A DNA stretch of 15,844 bases from Promethearchaeota archaeon. Its GTDB lineage: Archaea > Asgardarchaeota > Sifarchaeia > Borrarchaeales > Borrarchaeaceae. This document shows positions 5,010-14,304 of this stretch, in pieces (positions within the stretch are counted from its first letter, which is position 1; the number at the start of each line of letters is the position of its first letter). Under the pieces are notes generated by a model. It ran no database searches, was not told the origin of the DNA, and saw only the letters and a program-made list of their open reading frames with translations. The translations under genes and the position numbers were made by a program. The stretch lies in NCBI GenBank assembly GCA_048940375.1, contig JBHLOP010000019.1:1-15844 (forward strand). The letters are read 5' to 3'.

Positions 5010-7979
5010 ATGACAAAAATGGGAGTTTCATCGTACTTTTCAGGAAGAAAAATAATTGTATACATTATAACGGCGTTTGTCGCATGGTTTGCTTGGCTGG
5101 ATAATATCATTGACTACTTATATTTCCTCGGTCTCTACGCAGATACATGGCCTTACTACGATGTCTTCACTTTCCCCGACTTCGCATATAATGTCACGCT
5201 TGCACTACCGCTCATCGTTTTTGTAATGACGTTGTTGCCAGAAGCTGAAAAATGGAAAAATATTTTGCGTACCATGGGTATCATTGTACTAATTACTGCG
5301 TTGCTAATGTTAGTATCAACAATAAATCTTGTTCTTTACAGACCTTTCATTACGGCTATTGTTTTAATTGTCATTGCAGGGATATTCGCACTTCTTAATT
5401 ATCCACTTAAGGATAAGACCTTTTGGGAACATGAACCTTGGCAGTGGGCAGTTAATTGGTTCGCGTGTGGAGTTTTTTTTGCATTAATTGGCTTTCTGTT
5501 ACCTCCAGCTGTATTTACTGGATCCCTTGAATATCCAGTTCTTATAGGACCTTACGTCTGGGCTTTAGTGTTCGCTGTTGGCGGTATACTAGCCTTAATT
5601 CTCGGTTTCATCATGCCAGTTGAAACTGGGCTTGTTGAAGGCTTAATTGTTGGTCTGTTCGGTGCAATAGGTACGCTTCTCGGTTTGTGGCTATTTTTCT
5701 GGGATACGGAAGTTATACCTCCTGATGGATGGTACATTCAAATCTTAGTTCTATTCATAGTTTCTGGCTTTGCTGGCGGGTTCTTCAACCAGTTTAACTT
5801 CACAAAATATATCATGAATTCGTTTCAAGACTTTATCAAGATGAAACTAGTGTTAGCTCTATGGATCGTTGCATTACTTGGAGCACTCGTATCGTATTTT
5901 GCTATCGCCATCTATTTCCCAGGCGGTGTTCAAAACATAGTTTTACGTCAGGTGCTGATATTTCTCGTTCCGTCACTCATTGTAACACCCATAGCTTTTC
6001 GTAGCGCCCATTTCTGGCAAGGACTGCTCATTGGTATCACTACGAGCCTTTCATATTTCAGTGTAATCATTCAAGGCGATCCATCTCTTGAGATCATCGG
6101 ACTTATTGGCTTTCCATTTGTTCCATTAATTCGCTATGCACCTCCACAGATATCCATCTATGTGGTCAATGGTTTGCTACTCGTGTTAGCAGCACTGTGG
6201 GGTGGTCTATGGGGTTCAGTTGGAAACTACTTTACAATGGCATATACAGAGATTCCTGAGGAAGGAGATGTAGCAAAGAGATTCAGAACATCATATCTAT
6301 TTCGTGACCTATGGTCAAACTACTTCATTCATGGAAAAAATGTTGAGCCGGAATTTGAGAAGACTGAACAATTCAAGTTAGATTTGGATAAAATTTTAGA
6401 TATTGATTTTGATCTAAAACAGACTGACTTACCAAGATTCGGTGAATACGTTTCTTTTCGCTACATGGACAGAAGTAAGCACTGGGAGACGGTTCCAAAG
6501 CCTTTGAAAACGATTGGTGTCCAACCGATAGAGGACACAGACAAAGCTAGAGTTGAATACAATAATAAGCACATTGGAGACTTTTATGATCCAAAAGTTC
6601 TCGCTGACAAATATTCCCCTGTATGGAGTCCAATGAATCTAGTATTTCAGCGTACGCTAGTTACTGCGATGCGTCCAATCATTTATGTGCTCTTGGTTAT
6701 CACGTTGATACTTGTAGGCTATAGTATTTACGTTAATTTCACAGTAATTGGCGGTGGAATCGAATTTCTAGGACTTGCAGGTGCTCAGATAGTTGTTCTC
6801 ATCTTCTTATTCTTCTTTATGTTCAAGTGGTACGGTTTATTCGAACAAACAGTAAACGAGCGACCAGAAGCTTCATCAAGTTTCTTAATCGTTGCTTTAA
6901 TCATTGTAGTGATTATGCTATATATCACCTACACAGTGAACAGCCTTGGGACGTTCATTGTCACAGAGGCTAACGAAGACCTCATCAGATTCGAGACTAA
7001 CGGACTGTATATAATGCTTCTCATAAACTTTATCTTAGGCATAGGATCTGTTCAAGTACTCGGCTCGGAAAATATGAACCTCTATTGGTATGATAAGAGA
7101 CCAGAAGTTTTTCCAATGCAATCTCAAGAAGATGCGCCTGTTTGGCTTAAGGGGGACCAGTATTGGGTATTTAGGAACCTCTTCTGGTGGCCATTCGAGC
7201 TCACAGTTGGCAGTAAAGGACTTGAACACGAAGATTGGGAACGGATAGAACTGTGGGTGAATGCAAATACAGGCAAACCAGAGTGGATTATCTCAGATTA
7301 TCATTGGCGTGAGTTATGGTATAGGGTGCCAGAACTAGACGAAGAAATTATGATTAAGGTCACATTTGCAACGAACTTTCATACACCAATACCTTCAGTT
7401 CTCCGAAAGGCTACATACGACAAATTTGTAGCGCAATTCGAGGGTGCTGGTGCAGCGAGTGCGGTAATTAAATATGCAATTGGTGCAGCGAAATCAGGTA
7501 TCGGTCGAGCGTTTGACTCAATTGGCTCTTCTTTAGGACTAAAGACTAAGGGCGAAAAGGAGAGAGACGCAAAAACTACTGATGGAATGAAGGCTCGTAC
7601 AAAAGTGCTTGGGAAATATTTTGTTGACGTTGGAGGTCCAGCTAAAGGGATCTGTGGAAAACAAATGGCAGCAACAGACTTTAACTTCTTTAGATATCCC
7701 TATGGATGTGCAAGTACTAAGGATATCGGAACTGGTGGCGCAATAGACATTAAATACTATTATCGTGAAAAAGATTTTGTTCCACCGATCAAGGAACCTG
7801 GCACAGGATTCAATTTAAAAGCTGAGAAGAAAGACGGTCTTGGTTACAAAATTTCAGTAGACGAAACAGCCCCGCAACTGTGCATGGATTGTGGTGAACC
7901 GTATAATGTCATGGAAACTGTAATTTGCCCGGCTTGTGGCTCCAACAATGAAGCGGCGTATAGAATGCCAATCGAGTAA
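5010..7979 (+). CDS. Large multi-spanning membrane protein with two transmembrane blocks, soluble domains and a C-terminal zinc ribbon
   Basis: 989-aa ORF with many hydrophobic segments in the first ~390 aa and again between ~545 and 700 aa. C-terminal 'CMDCGEPYNVMETVICPACG'. Possible starts at 5010 or at the in-frame ATG 5019; GGAG at 5004-5007. Confidence 0.85.
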   Translation: MTKMGVSSYFSGRKIIVYIITAFVAWFAWLDNIIDYLYFLGLYADTWPYYDVFTFPDFAYNVTLALPLIVFVMTLLPEAEKWKNILRTMGIIVLITALLMLVSTINLVLYRPFITAIVLIVIAGIFALLNYPLKDKTFWEHEPWQWAVNWFACGVFFALIGFLLPPAVFTGSLEYPVLIGPYVWALVFAVGGILALILGFIMPVETGLVEGLIVGLFGAIGTLLGLWLFFWDTEVIPPDGWYIQILVLFIVSGFAGGFFNQFNFTKYIMNSFQDFIKMKLVLALWIVALLGALVSYFAIAIYFPGGVQNIVLRQVLIFLVPSLIVTPIAFRSAHFWQGLLIGITTSLSYFSVIIQGDPSLEIIGLIGFPFVPLIRYAPPQISIYVVNGLLLVLAALWGGLWGSVGNYFTMAYTEIPEEGDVAKRFRTSYLFRDLWSNYFIHGKNVEPEFEKTEQFKLDLDKILDIDFDLKQTDLPRFGEYVSFRYMDRSKHWETVPKPLKTIGVQPIEDTDKARVEYNNKHIGDFYDPKVLADKYSPVWSPMNLVFQRTLVTAMRPIIYVLLVITLILVGYSIYVNFTVIGGGIEFLGLAGAQIVVLIFLFFFMFKWYGLFEQTVNERPEASSSFLIVALIIVVIMLYITYTVNSLGTFIVTEANEDLIRFETNGLYIMLLINFILGIGSVQVLGSENMNLYWYDKRPEVFPMQSQEDAPVWLKGDQYWVFRNLFWWPFELTVGSKGLEHEDWERIELWVNANTGKPEWIISDYHWRELWYRVPELDEEIMIKVTFATNFHTPIPSVLRKATYDKFVAQFEGAGAASAVIKYAIGAAKSGIGRAFDSIGSSLGLKTKGEKERDAKTTDGMKARTKVLGKYFVDVGGPAKGICGKQMAATDFNFFRYPYGCASTKDIGTGGAIDIKYYYREKDFVPPIKEPGTGFNLKAEKKDGLGYKISVDETAPQLCMDCGEPYNVMETVICPACGSNNEAAYRMPIE
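7881..7940 (+). other. C-terminal zinc ribbon of the membrane protein
   Basis: C-x2-C-x13-C-x2-C (CMDCGEPYNVMETVICPAC). Confidence 0.75.
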
Positions 7980-7980
7980 A

Positions 7981-8007
7981 AGACTTTTTTTGTCTACTCT
8001 TTTTTTT
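7981..8007 (+). terminator. Poly-T terminator region after the membrane protein gene
   Basis: AGAC-TTTTTTT-GTCT mini-hairpin followed by a run of 8 T, directly after the stop codon. Archaeal transcription commonly terminates at T-runs. Confidence 0.5.
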
Positions 8008-8036
8008 ATTTTGAAAGAAAAGATGAAGGTTAAGAA

Positions 8037-8807
8037 ATGACTCAACTGCCTTGGATTATAGCTCACCGAGGAGCGTCAGGTTATTATCCAGAAAATACTC
8101 TTCCATCTTTCTTAGGAGCAGTTGAATTGGGTGCAACTTGTGTTGAAATGGACATTCAACCAACAGCGGATAAAAAATTGGTCTTATTCCACGATAATAC
8201 TATGGAACGTATTCTTGGTGTTCCAAAAAAGATCACTGACTTATCATGGCAAGAAGTTATCCAATATGATGTAGGTCGTTGGAAAGCCCCTAAGTGGGAG
8301 GGAACAAAGATTCCGCTTCTTAGGGACGTCTTGGAAAAACTTCCACGATCAATGAAATTGAATTTAGAGCTCAAATATTATTCTCCGAAGGATGATTGGT
8401 TTGAAGGATCAGTTCTTGAAGTTGCCTTGCAATATGATCTTCCAAATAGAGGTTATCTAGCTATTAAACATATTGAAACCATTTCCTTCATAAAAGAACT
8501 TGCTCCTGATTGTCCGTTGGGCTTATTACAGAAAAAAAGAACCCCAAAAGAAACATTCGATCTTTGCTGTAAGTGGGATCTTCCATTTGTTCAAATTAGA
8601 AAAACAGCGTTGACCAGTGAATGGATTGACCGATTTCATGAACAAGGTGTCAAAGTTAATTTCTTCTATTCTGACGATCCTAAGGAAATGAAACATCTTT
8701 TAAAAGATCTTAAAATTGACGGAATTCTAACGAATTATCCGGATAGGACAGTGAAAGTGTTCCAAGAGCTTGGCTTGCCCCTTACAAAACATCAAGATCC
8801 CACGTAA
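8037..8807 (+). CDS. Glycerophosphodiester phosphodiesterase (GDPD) family protein
   Basis: 'IAHRGASGYYPENTLPSFLGAVELGATCVEMDIQPTADKKLVLFHDNTMERI' is the canonical GDPD HR(G)..PENT..E.D....D...V..HD signature; 'GILTNYPDRTVK' near the C-terminus. Confidence 0.92.
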   Translation: MTQLPWIIAHRGASGYYPENTLPSFLGAVELGATCVEMDIQPTADKKLVLFHDNTMERILGVPKKITDLSWQEVIQYDVGRWKAPKWEGTKIPLLRDVLEKLPRSMKLNLELKYYSPKDDWFEGSVLEVALQYDLPNRGYLAIKHIETISFIKELAPDCPLGLLQKKRTPKETFDLCCKWDLPFVQIRKTALTSEWIDRFHEQGVKVNFFYSDDPKEMKHLLKDLKIDGILTNYPDRTVKVFQELGLPLTKHQDPT

Positions 8808-8931
8808 TATTTTGCTTCTTCCTAATCCCCTTCTGATTCATTCATCTATTAAGCTTTGAGATTAAAAGTTCGATTGGACACGTATTAGAAAGCTAAAAAT
8901 CTTTAAGTTGAATGTGAACAACAAGTAACGT

Positions 8932-10296
8932 ATGGAAAAAATTCTTGCCTGCATTGATGGAGAACACTACTTGCCTGTCACGAAGGCAGCGATAGACAAG
9001 TTAAATGATTTGCCAAATCAAGAAGTCGTTGCCGCGTTATTTCTGGGAGGTACCGAGAAAATTGGAGATTTTGATGAAGTTAAACGCTATCTACAATTAC
9101 CAATTTATTTTCTTGATTATAAACAAAACTTTCACGAATTTTTACGAAAAATAATGAAGCAGGTCAAGATAAATTCTGTCTTCGATCTTAGTGATGAACC
9201 TGTAGTGACTTCTCAAGATCGAATGAATTTTGCGTGTGCCGCTTTATTTGAAGGATGTAGTTATAAAGGCGCAGACTTTCAATTTACTCCAATAGAATTT
9301 TTAGACGCTAAAAAACCTGTAATAAGTGTCATTGGTACAGGAAAGCGCGTTGGGAAAACGGCTGTTGCAGGTTACATCGCACGTGTTATTAAAGAAACGG
9401 AATGGACTCCTTGTATACTTACAATGGGTAGAGGAGGTCCAGAAAACCCTGAAGTGATCCGAGGTGACAAATTAATTATCGATGCAGAATCTCTTCTTAA
9501 AGTTGAACAACAAGGTAAACATGCTGCTAGTGATTATTGGGAAGATGCTCTTACTAGTCGAATCATTACAGTTGGTTGTAGAAGGTGCGCTGGAGGATTA
9601 GCTGGAACACCTTATTTAGATAATGTAAAAGAAGGCATCAAAATCGCTGAAAAATTATCTGTCGATTTAATCATTGCAGAAGGTAGTGGACCAACCATTC
9701 CACCAGTAATGGCACAGTCATTTATTATCATAATTGGTGCACAACAACCTCTTTCTAACGTCAAATACGTTTTGAATCCTTATAGAATAAAACTTTCCGA
9801 ACTTGCAATTATAACGAATTGCGAACTTCCCCTTGCAACTGATGATAAGATTCAAGAAATCTGCACCACTGTCAAAGCAATAAATCCGCAGATCAAGTTA
9901 TGTTGTACCAAGTTTCGCCCAAAAGTTTTAGGTGATATTCAGAATAAAACCGTGTTTTATGCAACAACAATGCCTATTGAAATGATGGAAATTGTAGTTA
10001 ACTATTTAGAGCAAAATTACAATTGTAATATAGTTGGAACAAGTGTTTATCTCTCAGATCGTGCAAAATTGAAGGAAGATCTCATGAAATTAGCTGATGC
10101 GGATGTTCTTTTGACAGAACTAAAGGCTGCAGCTGTTGATGTAGCGACTAAGACAGCTCTACAGATAGGAAAGCCAACCATCTATTGTGATAATATACTC
10201 CAAATAGTGGAGCATGTTTACGGAGAAATAAAATCGATTCAAGGACTTGATTCATATCTTATTGAGGTCGCAAATAGGATTGTAAAAGGTAGGTAA
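8932..10296 (+). CDS. cpgS: Cyclic 2,3-diphosphoglycerate synthetase
   Basis: 454 aa. 'MEKILACIDGEHYLPVTKAAIDKL...VVAALFLGGTEKIGD', P-loop 'VISVIGTGKRVGKTAVAGYIARVI', 'TMGRGGPENPEVI', 'LIIAEGSGPTIPPV'. Directly followed by 2-phosphoglycerate kinase, the enzyme that makes its substrate. Confidence 0.88.
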   Translation: MEKILACIDGEHYLPVTKAAIDKLNDLPNQEVVAALFLGGTEKIGDFDEVKRYLQLPIYFLDYKQNFHEFLRKIMKQVKINSVFDLSDEPVVTSQDRMNFACAALFEGCSYKGADFQFTPIEFLDAKKPVISVIGTGKRVGKTAVAGYIARVIKETEWTPCILTMGRGGPENPEVIRGDKLIIDAESLLKVEQQGKHAASDYWEDALTSRIITVGCRRCAGGLAGTPYLDNVKEGIKIAEKLSVDLIIAEGSGPTIPPVMAQSFIIIIGAQQPLSNVKYVLNPYRIKLSELAIITNCELPLATDDKIQEICTTVKAINPQIKLCCTKFRPKVLGDIQNKTVFYATTMPIEMMEIVVNYLEQNYNCNIVGTSVYLSDRAKLKEDLMKLADADVLLTELKAAAVDVATKTALQIGKPTIYCDNILQIVEHVYGEIKSIQGLDSYLIEVANRIVKGR

Positions 10297-10300
10297 AGAA

Positions 10301-11218
10301 ATGAGTTCAAAACATATAATGATCAAAACAGATACTTATGATTATCCTTATAGCAGGGGTTTATTAGCAACACGCATTATGGTAACTGGTCTCGACTTAG
10401 TTGACGCTTACAAAACAGCTGAAGCAATAGCTTTAGAACTGGAACTGCAGGGTATCTGGGAACTTACAGAAGTCGAACTTAATGATCTCGTTAGCGATAT
10501 TCTCGAAAAAGAGGGCAGAAAGCTTCATGCTGCTCGATATCGTAATTTTCTCAAATTTAAAAGTATGTATGAACCTCTGATCATTCTGATCGGTGGTGCT
10601 ACTGGCATTGGTAAGTCTACTATTGCATTGAATTTAGCAGCAAGACTAGCTATTAGCCACATAGTTGGAACGGATACAATCCGAGAAGTCATGCGCAAAG
10701 TATTATCTTCAGAATTGGTCCCTTCATTACATTCGTCCTCATATGCTGCTCACGAATCCATGAAAGAATATGTTAGTCCAATTTACAATAAGGTCGTTGT
10801 GGGATTTGAGGAACAAGCGCGACTCGTTGTTTCGGGAATCGAATCTGTAATTAGTCGTGCGTTAACCGAAGGTATAAGTATTATTGTTGATGGGGTTCAC
10901 ATCTTGCCTTCTATAATGGATCCAAAACTTCTCAAATCACCAAATATTATCCCAGTGTTTCTTCATCTTTCAAACAAGGAAGATCATATGATGAGATTTC
11001 ACGAGCGCGCAAAAACAAAGGTGATGAGAAAGCCACTTGAAGATTATTTAAGTCATTTTGATGGCATTCGAATAATACAGGAACATCTTTCAGAGCAGGC
11101 AAGACTGCATAACATCCCTTTAATTGAAAATATACTAATCGAAACCACCATTAGACAGATTTTGGACATCGTTTTTGAACGCATTGAAATGCTAATAACA
11201 AATCCCCTAACAACTTGA
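10301..11218 (+). CDS. pgk2: 2-phosphoglycerate kinase with N-terminal ATP-cone domain
   Basis: ATP-cone-like N-terminus 'YPYSRGLLATRIMVTGLDLVDAYKTAEAIALELE', Walker A 'IILIGGATGIGKSTIALNLAARL', 'GTDTIREVMRKVLSSELVPSLHSSSYAA', 'GISIIVDGVHILP'. Starts 4 nt after the upstream stop. Confidence 0.9.
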   Translation: MSSKHIMIKTDTYDYPYSRGLLATRIMVTGLDLVDAYKTAEAIALELELQGIWELTEVELNDLVSDILEKEGRKLHAARYRNFLKFKSMYEPLIILIGGATGIGKSTIALNLAARLAISHIVGTDTIREVMRKVLSSELVPSLHSSSYAAHESMKEYVSPIYNKVVVGFEEQARLVVSGIESVISRALTEGISIIVDGVHILPSIMDPKLLKSPNIIPVFLHLSNKEDHMMRFHERAKTKVMRKPLEDYLSHFDGIRIIQEHLSEQARLHNIPLIENILIETTIRQILDIVFERIEMLITNPLTT

Positions 11219-11249
11219 AGAACTTTCTTAAACTCAAAGAGGGAACTAT

Positions 11250-12785
11250 TTGGCAAGATTTGTCATTTTCTCAGACTCACATATTACCCATGGTCCAGAA
11301 TTTAATGAAAAAGCCTTTCGAAAAGGTTTAGATTTAATAAGTTCCATAAAGGCAGATTTCTATTTTCACTTAGGCGATATCGTTGAATCAGGAACTCTCG
11401 CAGACTACAAATTAGCTGAAGAACTCTTGCTACCTTTAAAAAACAAGATTTTTTTCATTCCTGGAAATCACGATGCCAGAAACGTAGGAGATCGCCTATA
11501 CGAGGAATTCTATGGAGAGAGGGAATTTGAAATCGAAACAAAAATCGATGGGTCTAAGTTTTATATTACAGGACTAGATAGCTCAATTCCTGATCAGAAT
11601 TCGGGTCGCATGGGGCGTCGAGAGTTACACGTACTTTCGAAAAACTTAAGCCAGTTGGATGATGATGTAATTAAAGTGGTATTTTTCCATCATCATCTTC
11701 TTCCCATCCCAAATACTGGCAGAGAACGTTCTACTATTGATGATGCAGGCGATACATTAAAGATTTTGCTTGCTTATGATGCGGATGTAGTAGTAAATGG
11801 TCATCGACATATTTCCAATGTGTATAGAGTTACAGATGGCGATCATGAGTTAATCACAATTAATAATGGGACCTTTTCGGCAAACAAGACACGATATCGT
11901 GAACTTCACTCCTTCTCAGTTATAGAGGCCACCCGTGAGCAAGTAATAACAAAAAGAATTCAAATTGATACAAACAAAGAAAAGATAACCAAGAAAAAGT
12001 ATCACTATTATCCCGCATTGCATTTTGGCGGCGAAAAACTCGCTCGAATAGTCCATATTTCAGATACACATTTTAGCAAGGGAAGTGAGTTTCAAGAGGA
12101 GACTTATGATAAGGCTGTGGAGTTAATCAATAGGAGTAGAGCGGACGTTGTAGTACATACTGGAGATGTTACAAATGACGCTTATCGATCCAGTTATAGA
12201 ATCGCTGCAGAGAAATTAGCAAAAATCACGTTACCAAAAGTAATTGTGCCAGGACATCGAGATTGCTACGCAATAGGTTGGGATCTCTTTCCAGAGCTTA
12301 TTGGCCCCCTTGATCCTGTATGGGAGTCACCTAACCTTAAAGTAATTGGAATTAATACCAGTTTGCTGGAAGAAGAAATCGGTTCAATGGGGAGATTCCA
12401 ATTACAAAATGTACTTGAAAAAATCTATGCAATAAAGGAACACAAAATTGTGGTTGTCGCTTTTCATCATCATCTCGTTCCAGTTCCTAATACAAAGCAT
12501 GTAGCTTCCCTAACTGATGCTGGTGATACTTTATCTGCACTAGGAAAAAGCGGAGTGGACTTAGTATTGACAGGGCATAAGCATGTCACTTGGTCCGTCC
12601 AAGTTGAAGATGCTGTCATTTCTAACTGTGGATCCCTGTCAAGTTCAAAAGTTCTCTCACTAACTGGCAATGTTTACAATATCATAGACGTATATGAGAA
12701 CGGATTTGTTCAAGTCGATGAAGTATCCCTTGACCAAGATACGCAACGAACTACAGGAAAATTTATGATTCCTGTCCTAAAATGA
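11250..12785 (+). CDS. Tandem-duplicated calcineurin-like metallophosphoesterase (two Icc/CpdA-like domains)
   Basis: TTG start at 11250 preceded by gaggga. Domain 1: FSDSH..GD..GNHD..HHH..GHRH. Domain 2: ISDTH..GD..GHRD..HHH..GHKH. The two halves align along their length. Confidence 0.88.
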   Translation: MARFVIFSDSHITHGPEFNEKAFRKGLDLISSIKADFYFHLGDIVESGTLADYKLAEELLLPLKNKIFFIPGNHDARNVGDRLYEEFYGEREFEIETKIDGSKFYITGLDSSIPDQNSGRMGRRELHVLSKNLSQLDDDVIKVVFFHHHLLPIPNTGRERSTIDDAGDTLKILLAYDADVVVNGHRHISNVYRVTDGDHELITINNGTFSANKTRYRELHSFSVIEATREQVITKRIQIDTNKEKITKKKYHYYPALHFGGEKLARIVHISDTHFSKGSEFQEETYDKAVELINRSRADVVVHTGDVTNDAYRSSYRIAAEKLAKITLPKVIVPGHRDCYAIGWDLFPELIGPLDPVWESPNLKVIGINTSLLEEEIGSMGRFQLQNVLEKIYAIKEHKIVVVAFHHHLVPVPNTKHVASLTDAGDTLSALGKSGVDLVLTGHKHVTWSVQVEDAVISNCGSLSSSKVLSLTGNVYNIIDVYENGFVQVDEVSLDQDTQRTTGKFMIPVLK

Positions 12786-12824
12786 GTCTCGACTTTGAAA
12801 GTTATTCGTTAAATTTCCACCAGG

Positions 12825-14219
12825 TTATTTGTTTTCAAAAAAATCTGCAACTCTAATTTTTGGCGTCTCATAATTAGATAATTCTGCACCAATTGTTTCG
12901 AGTGCAACCGCACTAATATCCCATATGTTCAGTTTATTATTCTCCAAATATTTTTGGAGAATTTTCTTAATCCCTGACGGTTTGGTGAATTTATGTCCAT
13001 CAAAATGGGCAAAAAAAGTATATACGCTGGTACAACTCGGGGTCACTCCACCGTGATTAGCCTTTCTGTAGGTGATGTCATAGCCATATCCTTCATTAGC
13101 TGTTCCGATAACATGTCCAAATTTATCTCGATCATAACCAACATTTTTACCAAAGATTCTCTCTATTTCTTCATATTCAGGAGTAAAATGAACCCAGCGA
13201 TTTGCCTGCATCTTTTTAAGTCGATCAACAAGCTCACATATTTGTTTGTTACGTGTAAGTAATAAGTCTTCGTTAAACCATATTCTGAATCCTCTTCTCC
13301 CATCAGTTGCAATCGCATATTCTTTTTCAGAGAACCCCATTCTTTTTGCAAGTTCGTGAATAGTTGAAGAAATCGGGAATATATGAGGCGTATCAGAATT
13401 TCCATGATCGGTGGTAAGAATGAATAAAGTATCTTCTCCCATTGCAAATAATAGTTCTCTAACCTTTTCAATTGAATTTTTTAATATATCTGCTGCCGTT
13501 AATGATTTTGTACCATCTGTATGAATCGCTTTGTCGGGGCCACCAATTGTTCCTGTAATAACGCTCGGATTATATGTATTAATCAATTCTATGACCTTTT
13601 CGATGAGTACATCATCCATCTCACCGAATTTATCTACCCCTACGTGTTCTCCTCCGAAGATGCGTTGTCTGATTTTCTTGCGTCTTTCATTTAATTCGTC
13701 GAATGGCTCTCTCTTTCCGTTATGATAGATTCCAGAAGGGATTGCAATCTGGTGGAATGGTGAATTAGATGTAGATAAAGACCCATTATCCTTAGTCATT
13801 CGCATATACAGTTGAAGGGTACGTTGCCCTCCCTCATCGCCAGGATCTACGGTTTCCTTTGAAATACCTCCTTCTGAAATACCGCATCCTTTGTTTCCGA
13901 AGCCTAGTAATATCTCTCCTGCATCTTTTAAATCGTCAAAAACAGATCTATATTTCTTAAAAAGGTCTAAGGGGGGGTTTATTACTTTCATTTGCTTAAT
14001 ATCAACAAATCGGTTGCCTACTAGGTTCGTTTCAAATGGCGACAACCTATAACTAAAGGCTACGTGACCTGGTCTTGAGACTGAAAAAATATCTACAAGT
14101 GTGGGGACTTTAAACGCATTATCATCGATATAGTTAAGAAATCCCCCATTAGGAGAGTTAACAGCGGTTTCCCAGCAGTTAATAGCTAATCCATCAATGA
14201 TCACATAGCATAGTTTCAT
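12825..14219 (-). CDS. Alkaline-phosphatase-superfamily (phosphodiesterase / phosphoglycerate-mutase-like) hydrolase
   Basis: 'MKLCYVIIDGLA' start motif, '..DTLFILTTDHGNSD..', '..RKANHGGVTPSC..'. The ORF track extends to 14357, but ATG at 14219 removes the overlap with the upstream gene and has a GGAG just upstream on the minus strand. The first 46 aa of the track ORF look non-native. Confidence 0.62.
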   Translation of the reverse strand: MKLCYVIIDGLAINCWETAVNSPNGGFLNYIDDNAFKVPTLVDIFSVSRPGHVAFSYRLSPFETNLVGNRFVDIKQMKVINPPLDLFKKYRSVFDDLKDAGEILLGFGNKGCGISEGGISKETVDPGDEGGQRTLQLYMRMTKDNGSLSTSNSPFHQIAIPSGIYHNGKREPFDELNERRKKIRQRIFGGEHVGVDKFGEMDDVLIEKVIELINTYNPSVITGTIGGPDKAIHTDGTKSLTAADILKNSIEKVRELLFAMGEDTLFILTTDHGNSDTPHIFPISSTIHELAKRMGFSEKEYAIATDGRRGFRIWFNEDLLLTRNKQICELVDRLKKMQANRWVHFTPEYEEIERIFGKNVGYDRDKFGHVIGTANEGYGYDITYRKANHGGVTPSCTSVYTFFAHFDGHKFTKPSGIKKILQKYLENNKLNIWDISAVALETIGAELSNYETPKIRVADFFENK

Positions 14220-14304
14220 AATATTCTCCAGTATACAAAACAGTATTGCTAAATATTTATCCCTTTCGTCAATTACATAGAAAAAATAAGGGGAAAATAC
14301 CCTG

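Noticed and set aside
4816-5013. 65-aa + strand ORF in the divergent intergenic region
   Set aside because: No start context or domain evidence, and it runs into the 5010 start. The region is more likely regulatory.
13163-13471. 102-aa minus-strand ORF
   Set aside because: Overlaps the alkaline-phosphatase-like CDS in a different frame on the same strand, with no recognisable motif.
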